From sequence record OR621298: 64,000 nt of DNA. One strand, given 5' to 3'. Positions 54,408-64,000 of this stretch are shown one piece after another. Source of the stretch: Escherichia phage vB_EcoD-Elw. The stretch's first letter is position 1. Every line of letters starts with the position of its first letter. Both the position numbers and the translations under genes were made by a program. The notes under the pieces were generated by a model, which saw only the letters and a list, made by a program, of their open reading frames with translations, was not told the origin of the DNA and did no database searches.

Positions 54408-56282
54408 ATGAATCGTAATGAAGAACTAAAATATAAAGAAATGCAGGCGTTAATTAGAAACTGCAAAGAGATTATCGAAGGGTCAGCGGATGAAGAGCTG
54501 CTGTTTAATAATGCCAATAAACCCTCAGAACGTTTCCCTACACAGAGGGATATGCTTGCAGGTGAATTGAGTAAGTATCTGATTCTAGAAGAAATGCCAA
54601 TTCAGATTCGAAATGCTCATATGATTGGGGATATTCATTTCCATGATGCTGATTATGCTGCATTAGGCATGACTAATTGTTGTCTGGTAGCTCTGGAAGA
54701 TATGTTGAAGAATGGTATGAAGGTTGGTAATGCTGAAATTAGCACTCCAAACTCTATCACTACTGCAGCGGCTATTACTGCTCAGATTATCACTCAAGTT
54801 AGCTCCCATCAGTATGGGGGCACTTCCGTGGATCGCCTTGATGAAGTATTAGCTCCTTATGTTCGTAAATCCTATGACAAAAATCATGCGTTTGCAAAAC
54901 GTTGGACTAAGGATGAAGCCAAAGCATCAGTAATGGCTACGGAGATGACTGAAAAAGAAGTCTATGACGCTTGTCAGGGTTTAGAATATGAAATCAATAC
55001 CATGTTCAACTCTAATGGTCAGAGTCCATTTATTACCTTTGGTTTTGGTCTAGGAACTTCTTGGGAAGCACGTCTAGTACAGAAAGCAATATTGAAAGTA
55101 CGCATGGATGGTTTAGGTATCAATAAACGTACAGCTATCTTCCCGAAACTGGTATTTGTACTTCGTGATGGCGTAAATATGAAACCAGGGGATGTTAGTT
55201 ATGACATCAAGAAGTTAGCTATGAAATGTACTGCTGAACGTATGTATCCAGATTATATCAGCTATGACAAGGTTGTAGAAGTTACTGGAGACTATAAAGT
55301 TTCTATGGGCTGCCGTTCATTCCTAGCTGCTACAGAAGATGGTGAAACTGCTGGTCGTAATAACTTAGGTGTTGTTTCTGTAAACTTGCCTAGAATTGCT
55401 ATCGAAGCTGAAGGAAATATTGATCTATTCTTTGATTTGCTTGAGCTACGTGTGGATACAGCGTTAAAAGCATTGGAGTGGAGAGTTGATCGCTTAAAAT
55501 ACATCCAAGCTAAAGCTGCACCCATCCTCTATATGTCAGGAGCCTTTGGGTTACGCTTGGAGCCTGATGAATATGTATTCGATCATTTCTATAACCGTGC
55601 TTCTGTATCTCTAGGATATATTGGTTGCCATGAAATGCTACAGTTCATGTTTGGCAAAGATGTAGATACAATGTCCGAGACCTGCATCAAGTTTGTTCAG
55701 CGTGTGCTGCAGTACATGCGAGATAGAGTCGATCAGAAGAAGGAGGAGACTAAGTTAGGTTATAGCCTGTATGCTACACCGTCGGAATCCCTATGCGATC
55801 GTTTTTGTCGTCTAGACCGTGAATATTTCCCGGAGCATGAAGATATTCTGTCCAAAGGATACTACACTAACTCTCACCACCTTGATGTGGAACGTAAAGT
55901 TGCTCCCAACGTGAAATTTGATTATGAATCTAACTTTACTCCGATTGCTTCTGGTGGGTGTATTTCCTATGTAGAACTACCGGATATGAAACGATTCCCA
56001 GATGCACTAGAATGGGTTATTAATTATGCTGCTAGTAAAGTTCATTACTTCGGTATTAATACTCCGGTGGATTCTTGTGGTAAATGTGGATTCTTAGGTG
56101 AAACAGTAGCATCCGAAGATGGGTTTAAGTGCCCTATCTGTGGTAATCATGACCCCGAAACTCTTGAAGTAACTCGTCGAGTTTGTGGGTATCTTGGAAA
56201 TCCAGGTGCTCGTCCATTTAACCCAGGCAAACAGCATGAGGTTATGGGCAGAGTGAAACATCAGGATATTCGAGCTAAATAA
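54408..56282 (+). CDS. nrdD: anaerobic ribonucleoside-triphosphate reductase (class III)
   Basis: 624-aa ORF; C-terminal Cys cluster (CGKCG...CPICG) and glycyl-radical motif RVCGYLG; RBS GAAGGAGAG. Confidence 0.85.
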   Translation: MNRNEELKYKEMQALIRNCKEIIEGSADEELLFNNANKPSERFPTQRDMLAGELSKYLILEEMPIQIRNAHMIGDIHFHDADYAALGMTNCCLVALEDMLKNGMKVGNAEISTPNSITTAAAITAQIITQVSSHQYGGTSVDRLDEVLAPYVRKSYDKNHAFAKRWTKDEAKASVMATEMTEKEVYDACQGLEYEINTMFNSNGQSPFITFGFGLGTSWEARLVQKAILKVRMDGLGINKRTAIFPKLVFVLRDGVNMKPGDVSYDIKKLAMKCTAERMYPDYISYDKVVEVTGDYKVSMGCRSFLAATEDGETAGRNNLGVVSVNLPRIAIEAEGNIDLFFDLLELRVDTALKALEWRVDRLKYIQAKAAPILYMSGAFGLRLEPDEYVFDHFYNRASVSLGYIGCHEMLQFMFGKDVDTMSETCIKFVQRVLQYMRDRVDQKKEETKLGYSLYATPSESLCDRFCRLDREYFPEHEDILSKGYYTNSHHLDVERKVAPNVKFDYESNFTPIASGGCISYVELPDMKRFPDALEWVINYAASKVHYFGINTPVDSCGKCGFLGETVASEDGFKCPICGNHDPETLEVTRRVCGYLGNPGARPFNPGKQHEVMGRVKHQDIRAK

Positions 56283-56289
56283 GCTAATC

Positions 56290-56320
56290 AGCCGGGTTGC
56301 TAGTCGACCTGGCTTTTATT
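56290..56320 (+). terminator. rho-independent terminator
   Basis: GC-rich imperfect stem followed by TTTTATTTTATT. Confidence 0.5.
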
Positions 56321-56324
56321 TTAT

Positions 56325-56353
56325 TTGCTTTCAGCCAAAAATTTATATATAAT
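56325..56353 (+). promoter_or_regulatory. T5-type promoter (-35 TTGCTT, -10 TATAAT), PN25-like architecture
   Basis: 17-bp spacer; downstream ATAAATTTGAGAGGAG leader. Confidence 0.65.
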
Positions 56354-56381
56354 AGATTTATAAATTTGAGAGGAGAAAGAT

Positions 56382-56762
56382 ATGGAATTAAAGCACTATA
56401 TAGTTGAATCTACATGTGGTAGTTTCCATCTGGGTGTAGATGATGTTGCTGAGGCTGTCTTTGCTGCCACAGGTGATTACTCGCATATAGAGGGTGTTGG
56501 ATACCCTACCATTATTGGCGATTGGGTGGGAACAAATCTAGATGTATCACCTTATAACCCATATTGCTTGTTTGATGAAGACAGAGATGAAGTAAAATGT
56601 AATCTTGAATTTGTGTATAATAGAGTGTTAAAAGTATACCAACGTAGCCCCAATGGGTACGAAGATATTACTTGGAGTATTAAACAGTATCTTAAAGATG
56701 TGTACTCTAGTTTTTCTGACGAAGACCTAGAAACAGTTGCAGTGGAGTTTAATAATGACTAA
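56382..56762 (+). CDS. hypothetical protein
   Basis: 126-aa ORF; RBS GAGGAGAAAG. Confidence 0.55.
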   Translation: MELKHYIVESTCGSFHLGVDDVAEAVFAATGDYSHIEGVGYPTIIGDWVGTNLDVSPYNPYCLFDEDRDEVKCNLEFVYNRVLKVYQRSPNGYEDITWSIKQYLKDVYSSFSDEDLETVAVEFNND

Positions 56763-56961
56763 GAATGTGAAACACCTTAAATATCGCTTAATTTACAACG
56801 GACGTATGGAAACAGAAGATCTGGCCCAGTTAGCTATTAATTCTAATGAGGTTACGGTGCGTGCGCTGGCAATTGAAAAGTTGCGTGCTTCTTATGAAAA
56901 TCGTGTTATGGAACTAGAGGAGAAACTTTATGGCATTCTCGAAGCCGATGCTACCAGATAA
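56737..56961 (+). CDS. hypothetical protein
   Basis: 74-aa ORF overlapping neighbours. Confidence 0.4.
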   Translation: MQWSLIMTKNVKHLKYRLIYNGRMETEDLAQLAINSNEVTVRALAIEKLRASYENRVMELEEKLYGILEADATR

Positions 56962-57151
56962 GGGTTTAAACTCCGCTTTGGAAAACGCATTAATGCAGCA
57001 CTGGGAAACTGGCTATAAGGATGGTGTTGAATCCTGCGCTACTATGCTAGAAGTTATTGCTAATACCTTAATGGAGAAAGGCAATAAAGAATTAGCTGAG
57101 CTATTAGACAGTATTGGGCAAAACTTCAGAGAACAGGTGAAAAATGCGTAG
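56930..57151 (+). CDS. hypothetical protein
   Basis: 73-aa ORF. Confidence 0.4.
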   Translation: MAFSKPMLPDKGLNSALENALMQHWETGYKDGVESCATMLEVIANTLMEKGNKELAELLDSIGQNFREQVKNA

Positions 57152-57968
57152 ATTAATTATTATTAGCGGTGCAGGTTTGAGTGTTGAAAGTGGTGTACGA
57201 GCTTTTCGTACTGATACTGCTAGTGGTAAAGCACTGTGGGATGATTATGATCTAGAAGAAGTATGTAATATTCATGCCTTTCGTGGTAATTTTTATCATA
57301 AAACCCATATGTTTTACAACAAGCGTCGTGAAGAGCTAAAAACTGTTGAACCTAACCTTGCGCATCTTCGTATTGGTGAGTGGTATAAACAATACCCAGG
57401 TCAAGTAGTAAACTTGACTACCAATGTTGATGACCTTATTGAACGTGCTGGCGTTCCACATAGTGACATTCTGCACATTCACGGATATTTAAAAGAGGTT
57501 GTTGTAGCTGACAGCTACAATAGTAGTAATAAACGAATTATTGATGTTGGGTATAACTCTATTGACCCAGATGATTATAAATGGGTTAAACCTAATGTAA
57601 TCTTCTTTGGTGAGCATGCTCCAGCATATACAGAAATGTACAATGTTTTTGATGGTATTACCAGTCAAGATATGATCATTGTGGTTGGTTGCTCTAACCA
57701 AGTAATTAACTTCTACTGGGAATTATTTCCTGTTCTTAATTTGACTGCTGCCAAATTAATGGTAGTTAACTACTATGATAGTGCCCTAGCGACAGAGCCG
57801 GGCTACCAAGGTATGACTCGTAGTGAGATGTACCAGCTGGAAGAACGCGGTATCCCTTACTGGAGTAAAGGGGCTGTAGATGCCTTCAGTGACCCTGATT
57901 TTATTGCTCGTGTAGAAGCTCATCTAGAGGGTAGACCTTATATGCCGGGGAAACAAATATGTCCATAA
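57144..57968 (+). CDS. Sir2-family NAD-dependent deacylase/ADP-ribosyltransferase-like protein
   Basis: 274-aa ORF; N-terminal GAGLSVESGVRAFR matches the Sir2 NAD-binding motif. Confidence 0.6.
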   Translation: MRRLIIISGAGLSVESGVRAFRTDTASGKALWDDYDLEEVCNIHAFRGNFYHKTHMFYNKRREELKTVEPNLAHLRIGEWYKQYPGQVVNLTTNVDDLIERAGVPHSDILHIHGYLKEVVVADSYNSSNKRIIDVGYNSIDPDDYKWVKPNVIFFGEHAPAYTEMYNVFDGITSQDMIIVVGCSNQVINFYWELFPVLNLTAAKLMVVNYYDSALATEPGYQGMTRSEMYQLEERGIPYWSKGAVDAFSDPDFIARVEAHLEGRPYMPGKQICP

Positions 57969-58141
57969 TTAAATCTGTGTATACACACCCTGATGATATA
58001 TTTGTATGGGCGGACGGTAGTTGGTGTTATCGCTGTGAGTTGTGGGAAATGGACTATAAATCCGATGACTATGGTGTTATATATGTGGATACGGTTGAGT
58101 ATGATACGTTCTTAGAAAGGAACAAAAATGGAAATAAGTAA
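57959..58141 (+). CDS. hypothetical protein
   Basis: 60-aa ORF. Confidence 0.35.
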   Translation: MSIIKSVYTHPDDIFVWADGSWCYRCELWEMDYKSDDYGVIYVDTVEYDTFLERNKNGNK

Positions 58142-58634
58142 TACTCCAATTATTTTTCTAGACATTGATGGGGTGCTCAATTCGAGCATCTCCCACCATC
58201 ATGCACCTGATGATGAAAAGATTTTCTTTGGAAGTGACTGGGTTTTCAAACCACTTCTCAAGGCTTTTCAGGACTTTATTCGTCCTTCTCCGATAATGAT
58301 TGTTGGAGTATCCTCATGGTTCTCTGTCAGGAATGAGATGGAGAACGTTCAGATTATGACCGGATTAGGTCTTATCGATCGTTTTCTTGGTACAACGGAT
58401 TTTACCGGGGGTGGATTATCTAGGGGTAATTCTGTTCTTCGCTTCGTTGAAAAGCATAAGCTCAAACATTGGTGTGTGCTGGATGATGCCGGTGCTATGA
58501 TGTATCAGTATCCAACGGTTATAGTCAATGGTAGAACAGGAATAAATCTTCAGGATTTAAAAGCTGTTAGCTATATGCTAGAATTTAGCCCAGATCTTGA
58601 AATGTGTAAATCCTTACAACAATTTAAGGTGTAA
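58128..58634 (+). CDS. HAD-superfamily hydrolase-like protein
   Basis: 168-aa ORF; motif I FLDIDGVLN at N-terminus. Confidence 0.5.
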   Translation: MEISNTPIIFLDIDGVLNSSISHHHAPDDEKIFFGSDWVFKPLLKAFQDFIRPSPIMIVGVSSWFSVRNEMENVQIMTGLGLIDRFLGTTDFTGGGLSRGNSVLRFVEKHKLKHWCVLDDAGAMMYQYPTVIVNGRTGINLQDLKAVSYMLEFSPDLEMCKSLQQFKV

Positions 58635-58636
58635 AT

Positions 58637-59065
58637 ATGTTCAATAATGTATTCTCTAAAGAAGCTAACCCAATTTTGGTTAACTTTTGGCGTACTCTCC
58701 CGGCTAGCCTGTATAATGAGGCTATTAACTCCTTGAAAATATGGTGTGAGAATAACGAAATCTCCTTTGCTTTTAAAGATGATATTGATGAGGCCCCCTG
58801 TATTGGTCTAGTTGTGCAGGTAGAGGAGGGTCTTGAAGAGATTGTGGGCTGGAAAGAGTTAGACGAAATGGGCTTAGTTTTTGCGTTAAATTATAAGCTG
58901 TTTATGCCTGCTAAGCATCGCCTAGTTGTTAACTATAAAACTAGTGAATCTCCTGGTTTTCAGGTTAATGAACGTTATGGTTGGTCTTACTCACCGGAAG
59001 AAGTAAATGATGGTATCCAAAAACTTCGTCGTTTTGGTTATCAAATTCCGGGTTTAACCGCCTAA
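58637..59065 (+). CDS. hypothetical protein (paralog of next gene)
   Basis: 142-aa ORF; shares PCIG, MGL..ALN and GYQIPGL-type motifs with 59075..59467. Confidence 0.5.
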   Translation: MFNNVFSKEANPILVNFWRTLPASLYNEAINSLKIWCENNEISFAFKDDIDEAPCIGLVVQVEEGLEEIVGWKELDEMGLVFALNYKLFMPAKHRLVVNYKTSESPGFQVNERYGWSYSPEEVNDGIQKLRRFGYQIPGLTA

Positions 59066-59074
59066 GGGGGCATA

Positions 59075-59467
59075 ATGGAACAAGTATATTGGCGTCAGAT
59101 TGATCCTAGTTTGGTGAAGCGTGCGGAGAAGCTGCTACAACGTTGGTTGGTGGTAAGACAAGTCTCCTTCACTTTTCCGGAGCAGCAAACGGATGATCCA
59201 TGCATTGGCGTTTTCCTGTCTGGATATGCCGGGGAATGGGAATTGGATTGGAATGAATTGTCTGCTATGGGCTTGATTGTTGCCCTAAACTTCTCTATAT
59301 TCCATCCACGTGGTTTGGCCATATGTCGTGTGCCTGATGACGGTTGTTCGCCCCATCTTTTACAGGTGGAAGATGATATTTGGGAGTACACTCCAGATAT
59401 TCTCGCAGAAGCTAAAGAACAATTAAATCGTGTTGGGATTTATGTTCCGGGCTTAAATGATGGATGA
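59075..59467 (+). CDS. hypothetical protein (paralog of previous gene)
   Basis: 130-aa ORF; RBS AAGGGGG. Confidence 0.5.
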   Translation: MEQVYWRQIDPSLVKRAEKLLQRWLVVRQVSFTFPEQQTDDPCIGVFLSGYAGEWELDWNELSAMGLIVALNFSIFHPRGLAICRVPDDGCSPHLLQVEDDIWEYTPDILAEAKEQLNRVGIYVPGLNDG

Positions 59468-59489
59468 TTTTTATTAGCTAAACTCTGAT

Positions 59490-59516
59490 TACCGAGTCAT
59501 TTTGGCTCGGTTTTAT
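59490..59516 (+). terminator. rho-independent terminator
   Basis: stem ACCGAG/CTCGGT followed by TTTTA. Confidence 0.5.
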
Positions 59517-59558
59517 CCGTACTTAAGACCAATGATAGCACCATCCGGAAAATTTTAC

Positions 59559-59587
59559 TTGCATGATGCCCAAAATCTTGATATAAT
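59559..59587 (+). promoter_or_regulatory. sigma70-type promoter (-35 TTGCAT, -10 TATAAT)
   Basis: 17-bp spacer; ~500 nt non-coding leader before the 929-aa gene. Confidence 0.5.
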
Positions 59588-60084
59588 ATTTATATTGAAT
59601 TGAGAGACATTAGTAAAAATTGATTTTGCTAATTTTTCTTGTTTACAATCCGCGATACGGAACAGTTAGGCTGCCCCATTAAGGGTTGTTTTAACTATTA
59701 CTAGTGTTTATATTGCATTAGTTAATCTTCAATTAAGTGATCTGTGTACCCTGAATTCGGAAAGGTAAATCCAAACCGTGCATATTTAGCTCGTTATATA
59801 GGCAGAGTTTTATATGGGGGTGCGAACGAAAAGAGCAGCGAATGGCGGCACGTACAGTAGTCACCTACCAATAGGATAGTGAGGACAAATAGAATCGGCT
59901 TAGCGGCCAATGACCTAGGTTCTATTCTGTATATGAGCGAAGAGAGCACAGCACTGAGATATGATAACTTATTCATATTGCTTGATGATAATTAATGTTT
60001 ACGTAAATAGTAGTAATAGTTGTTCTATTCTTTCTGAATAGTCCTAAAGAAAAGATTTCGATTAACCAACACAGGAGTATTGTT

Positions 60085-62874
60085 GTGTTTTCTATTCTCC
60101 AAGGTCACGCCGGATTTTCTCGTGATTTAGCAACAGGTATTTGGCGAGAAATCAAAGCGGAAGATTATACCTTTGCCAAGCGATTCTCGAAAAAGCATCC
60201 AGAAGGTAAACCAGCTTCTATGCCCTTCAAATTTGATGTAATAGAAGAGCATGACCCGCAAAGCCTTGCCGAAATGTTACCACTTATGAGACGTTTAACG
60301 TCTGACCCTCATATCGTTGCGGTACGAGGTCGATGTCTTGCACCTAAAAATAACGTGCGACGTAAGAAAGGTAACTTTAATGTATCTAATCCTAGTAATA
60401 TTATTGCTATGGACGTGGATGGTATCCTAGATACCGGTGGGTATGACAAGTTTAACCTTGTTGGTATGGCCCGCCACATTATTAAGATGTTGAATAGTAT
60501 TAGTGAGGACATGTTCCCTCTTGATGCAGGCTTTATAGCTCATGCATCGTCTTCGGCTGGGCTTAAACCAGGTATCCGAATGCACTTAATGCTAGAATCT
60601 AACGTCAAGGTAACTCAGGGTCAGTTAAAGTTCTTATTTACATCTATCAACGATAGTAGTAAGCAAAAATTTGGTTTTGATATTGCCGACTTAGCTTATT
60701 ATTCATCTGTCCAGCTCCACTATTTTGCCGACCCCTTATTTAGTGATGGTATTGTTGATCCGTTTAAAGCGGAGAGTAAGCCACGTCTGGTGTATGTTAA
60801 AGGTTCGAAAGTAAATTTGCCCAATAATCTGGTTGACTATGAAACAACTAGAGGGGAGTTTAAGGAAGAGTTTTATTCTTTACTTGATCAAATTAAAGGC
60901 AAAAAGATCGCGTCTGATAAAGTAGAAGAAACCATCAGCGAATTGGAAGAAGCTGAGGATGGGGTGTACCTGCGTATTATCCCCAAACTATACCATAGAG
61001 CATTAGAGGATGGTGTTGATTTTGCATGGCTAGAACGTGAGATTAAACCCGCTTTATCTGAATATATTGCAACTAAAGATAACAGTCGTAATATTCAAGA
61101 TTACTTTAATAACGGTCGTAAGCAGGCTCTCAAAGCGTTTGTTAATAATTCTAAACGTGAGATTCCATTAAATCTGAAAGGTGTTCCGCTCAAGAAGTTA
61201 GAAGTGGATTCTCCACCAGAAGTTCCGTACCTGAAGATTAACATTGTGCCTCCAAAAGGCCATATAACATTTGTTAAGGCAAGTCTTGGTACTGGTAAAA
61301 CTACGGCAGTAACTAAATGGCTGGACGCAGGTGTTCTTCCTGGCAACTTTTTAGCAGTTACAAATACTAGAGCACTGGTATCTTCAAACGCTAAGAAATT
61401 TAGCGCAGGACAATATGATAAGTCTGTAGATATGCTCAACTTTAAACGTGGAGCTATTGATCGTATGTCCACAACTATTCACTCTTTGCATAAGTTCAAA
61501 AGTTTTATTGGTCAAATAGATACCATTTTTATTGATGAATGTGATGCTGTAATGAATGATCTATTATTCGCACCTGTTGTTAAGCAACGTCGCGAATGTA
61601 TTCAAGTTCTACGTGACATCCTCATGACAGCTAAAACTGTAATTCTATCAGATGGTGATATTAGTGCCGAAACTATTGAAGCATATGGTTCTCTAATTGA
61701 TTTTGATAAACCAGTAGCATTTTATAATCATCACCGTAAGATGCTGTCAAAAGCTCATGCTTATGAGTTCCCGGATGAGTCCAGTATTTGGGTTGCACTT
61801 CAGACTTCTCTAGAGATGGGTGAGAAATCTATCCTAGTATCTGATTGTGGGCCGGATGAACTGAATGAGAAGGGCATGGCGTTGCGTCGTAATACGGGTG
61901 CATTAGTTAAGGAAATCCACTCAAACTCTACGTCTGATGTAGATATTAGACGTATTCTGGATTACACAACTAATGAGCTAATTGACCAACAAATTGATTG
62001 CTTATTATGTAGTCCATCTGTAACGAGTGGTGTTGACTTTAACTATTTTGATAACGTATTCGTTATCACTAGAACTAGCAACCAAGCGCCAAACATGCGT
62101 TTCCAAGCAATCAGGCGCGACCGTGGTGCTCAGAATATCTATTATTTTATTGATAAATCCACTAGTGGGTTCTCCGCAGGTTCTGAACAATATAATATTG
62201 ATGAAGGTTGGCTGGAGTTAGCACAGCAATTATACGCACGTCGCAGAGAACTAGAATCTAGGAACTATACTAGTACTTTACGTTATTACTTGCTTGATCA
62301 GGGTGCAACTATTGATATTTTCAGCGAAAGCTGGGGAACTATTGAAGGTGCTGGTAAAGAATACACAGAAGAGCGAATCAAAGCTATCCTACATTCAACT
62401 CCGGATTACTGTGCACCACGTCATGCGGATGCGTATGAGGCTAAACTACTTCTTGTTCGCTATTATCATCTTGAGTCTATTAAAGATGTAACAGTTGAGC
62501 ATGTTGAACAATATATCAAAGATAAACCGAATGATCGAGCTGCATTCTTCCATAAGATGCACGAGATGTTCTGGGAAGATATTAAGAAGTGTTCAAATGT
62601 GACCATTAAACCATTCATAGAGGCTCTGAAAGGTAAGAAGAAAGACTTCTTCCTTAAAACAGGTCAGAGTGCTAACCCAAAATATGCTAGAATGTATCTT
62701 GGTATGATGGGTATTGGTAAGGATATGAACACTGAAAATATTGTAGACTGGTACAGAACCTATTGTAAAATCGAGTGTATGCCAATCCCATATAAGTTTA
62801 TGACTGATGAGGAGAAACATATGCATGATGAAGCAATGGCAGAGCTAGGTGCTAGAAATGACAGTGAAGAATAA
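60085..62874 (+). CDS. large P-loop NTPase, helicase-like (possible replication-associated protein)
   Basis: 929-aa ORF, GTG start after RBS CAGGAG; Walker A ASLGTGKTTAV and DExD-like FIDECDAV. Confidence 0.55.
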   Translation: MFSILQGHAGFSRDLATGIWREIKAEDYTFAKRFSKKHPEGKPASMPFKFDVIEEHDPQSLAEMLPLMRRLTSDPHIVAVRGRCLAPKNNVRRKKGNFNVSNPSNIIAMDVDGILDTGGYDKFNLVGMARHIIKMLNSISEDMFPLDAGFIAHASSSAGLKPGIRMHLMLESNVKVTQGQLKFLFTSINDSSKQKFGFDIADLAYYSSVQLHYFADPLFSDGIVDPFKAESKPRLVYVKGSKVNLPNNLVDYETTRGEFKEEFYSLLDQIKGKKIASDKVEETISELEEAEDGVYLRIIPKLYHRALEDGVDFAWLEREIKPALSEYIATKDNSRNIQDYFNNGRKQALKAFVNNSKREIPLNLKGVPLKKLEVDSPPEVPYLKINIVPPKGHITFVKASLGTGKTTAVTKWLDAGVLPGNFLAVTNTRALVSSNAKKFSAGQYDKSVDMLNFKRGAIDRMSTTIHSLHKFKSFIGQIDTIFIDECDAVMNDLLFAPVVKQRRECIQVLRDILMTAKTVILSDGDISAETIEAYGSLIDFDKPVAFYNHHRKMLSKAHAYEFPDESSIWVALQTSLEMGEKSILVSDCGPDELNEKGMALRRNTGALVKEIHSNSTSDVDIRRILDYTTNELIDQQIDCLLCSPSVTSGVDFNYFDNVFVITRTSNQAPNMRFQAIRRDRGAQNIYYFIDKSTSGFSAGSEQYNIDEGWLELAQQLYARRRELESRNYTSTLRYYLLDQGATIDIFSESWGTIEGAGKEYTEERIKAILHSTPDYCAPRHADAYEAKLLLVRYYHLESIKDVTVEHVEQYIKDKPNDRAAFFHKMHEMFWEDIKKCSNVTIKPFIEALKGKKKDFFLKTGQSANPKYARMYLGMMGIGKDMNTENIVDWYRTYCKIECMPIPYKFMTDEEKHMHDEAMAELGARNDSEE

Positions 62875-63091
62875 AAAATGGGAAACAAGGAAGTTCCCAG
62901 TAAAAGAACGTAAAGTTCCTGTTTATGATACTTCGGAAAAGCTATGTAGGGTGGTACCACGTAGATTAGCTGGTATCCCTAACATATCCGAGTGGTTACT
63001 TAAACAACGGAAAACAAACGTGTCTCTTCGCATCGGCTTTGAATTAGATAAAGTCTATGCTGAACTTGCTTCTTTGCTCAAGGAATCGTAA
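62858..63091 (+). CDS. hypothetical protein
   Basis: Track ORF 62849..63091 trimmed to ATG with RBS AGGTG; overlaps the end of the upstream gene. Confidence 0.35.
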   Translation: MTVKNKKWETRKFPVKERKVPVYDTSEKLCRVVPRRLAGIPNISEWLLKQRKTNVSLRIGFELDKVYAELASLLKES

Positions 63092-63099
63092 AAATTTAT

Positions 63100-63128
63100 T
63101 TGCTTTCAGGAAAAATTTTCTGTATAAT
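63100..63128 (+). promoter_or_regulatory. PN25-type strong T5 promoter
   Basis: aaaatttatttgctttcaggaaaaattttctgtataatagattcataaatttgagagaggag is near-identical to the published T5 PN25 sequence as I recall it. Confidence 0.8.
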
Positions 63129-63159
63129 AGATTCATAAATTTGAGAGAGGAGTTTAAAT

Positions 63160-63864
63160 ATGGCCGGTTCTCGCAGAAAGAAACATATCCATGAAATCCC
63201 GGATGAAGTCTTTAAAAAAGTTATAGAGCATCTGGAGAACGGTGGTACTAAGAAAGCAGCTTGTGAGATGCTCGGCGTATCATCCAATCCAACTATGGAA
63301 AGGATGATTGAAGAGTGGCAAGACCGCCAGATTCAAGTTGCCGAAATGAAGAAAAAGAAACGTGGCACACTCATTGAAGGTATTGAGTTGGCCAACGTTA
63401 TTGAACAGTATTTATCTGGTGATTCTTTTGAAGAGATTGCCGATCGTAATTATCGCTCTGTAGCAATGGTTAAATCTGTTCTGGAACGCTATGGTGCTCT
63501 GCTTCGTTTGAACGATATTGTAGACCCGTTGAATCCTCCTATTATTCCTGATGATGCTGTAGCAGAAGAATTTGAAGTTGGTGAGCTTGTTTGGGTTCCT
63601 GGATACCAGTGTATCGGTGAAATCAAAAAAGCAATGGATAATCCTGTTGGTTGCTACCGTGTATGGCTTCTATCGGAAGGCAAACAACAGAACGTTCATT
63701 ATATGAATTATGAGCTGGCTTCTGTTAAACACCTGGAAAAGTTAGGAGTTGATGTAAAATCTCTGGGGTATAAATGGACTCGGGAAGAAGTCATTACGTT
63801 GATTAACGAAGCTGTTAAGGCCGCCTTGAAACTTGATAAAGAAAAAGGAAAACGCCGTGAGTAG
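63160..63864 (+). CDS. hypothetical protein transcribed from the PN25-type promoter
   Basis: 234-aa ORF; RBS GAGAGGAG 8 nt upstream of ATG. Confidence 0.6.
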   Translation: MAGSRRKKHIHEIPDEVFKKVIEHLENGGTKKAACEMLGVSSNPTMERMIEEWQDRQIQVAEMKKKKRGTLIEGIELANVIEQYLSGDSFEEIADRNYRSVAMVKSVLERYGALLRLNDIVDPLNPPIIPDDAVAEEFEVGELVWVPGYQCIGEIKKAMDNPVGCYRVWLLSEGKQQNVHYMNYELASVKHLEKLGVDVKSLGYKWTREEVITLINEAVKAALKLDKEKGKRRE

Positions 63865-64000
63865 ACTAACTGATTTACTTAAAGATGGGGAAGTAAAAAC
63901 ACTATATCGTAGAAGCTGGGGTAACGATAATAACGGCTTAGTATTACTAACTTTAGATGCTGACTCGGATGTAGCTACTCAGCATACCTGGGTAGCCGGT

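Noticed and set aside
62849-62960. Track ORF 62760..62960 (minus) and the 5' extension of 62849..63091
   Set aside because: The minus ORF is antisense to the 3' end of the 929-aa gene; the plus ORF was kept only from the ATG that has an RBS (62858).

Overview
This window reads as the left ~64 kb of a T5-like siphophage genome (Tequintavirus-type). The call rests on three things seen in the sequence: a pre-early block (HAD-type dmp-like phosphatase, A1-like metallophosphoesterase, A2-like protein), a plus-strand promoter at 63100-63128 that matches the classic T5 PN25 promoter almost base for base, and a 172-aa GIY-YIG-like ORF of the T5orf172 type. Layout: (1) pre-early genes on the minus strand (1-5200); (2) a plus-strand block (6040-9014) bracketed by ~42-bp inverted repeats that each carry a DnaA box and a LexA-like palindrome; (3) a repeat-rich non-coding region (9.1-10.55 kb) with iterons, a palindrome and tandem repeats; (4) a long minus-strand early region of small genes with lysis, phosphatase and nucleotide-metabolism functions, driven by a reiterated strong promoter; (5) a cluster of about 27 minus-strand tRNA genes (27.9-40.5 kb) whose anticodons would cover all 20 amino acids if my hand folds are right, interleaved with small ORFs, homing-endonuclease-like genes and several tRNA-like elements; (6) a nucleotide-metabolism module (thyA, DHFR, nrdB, nrdA, phoH, nrdD, RNase H) and the start of a plus-strand block (Sir2-like, HAD-like, 929-aa P-loop protein). 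The most unusual items are a plus-strand three-gene cassette of low-complexity proteins (37738-39363), a GrcA-like glycyl-radical cofactor, a NADAR-family gene, a 19-nt poly(T) tract beside a tRNA, a 127-bp perfect tandem duplication that disrupts a gene, and a 25-bp perfect inverted repeat pair flanking a tiny basic ORF. All calls are from manual reading of the sequence and the ORF track; no searches or folding programs were run. tRNA boundaries and isotypes are hand-folded, and promoter and terminator coordinates are approximate. The ORF track treats GTG/TTG as starts, so several minus-strand ORFs were trimmed to the first ATG that has a ribosome-binding site.
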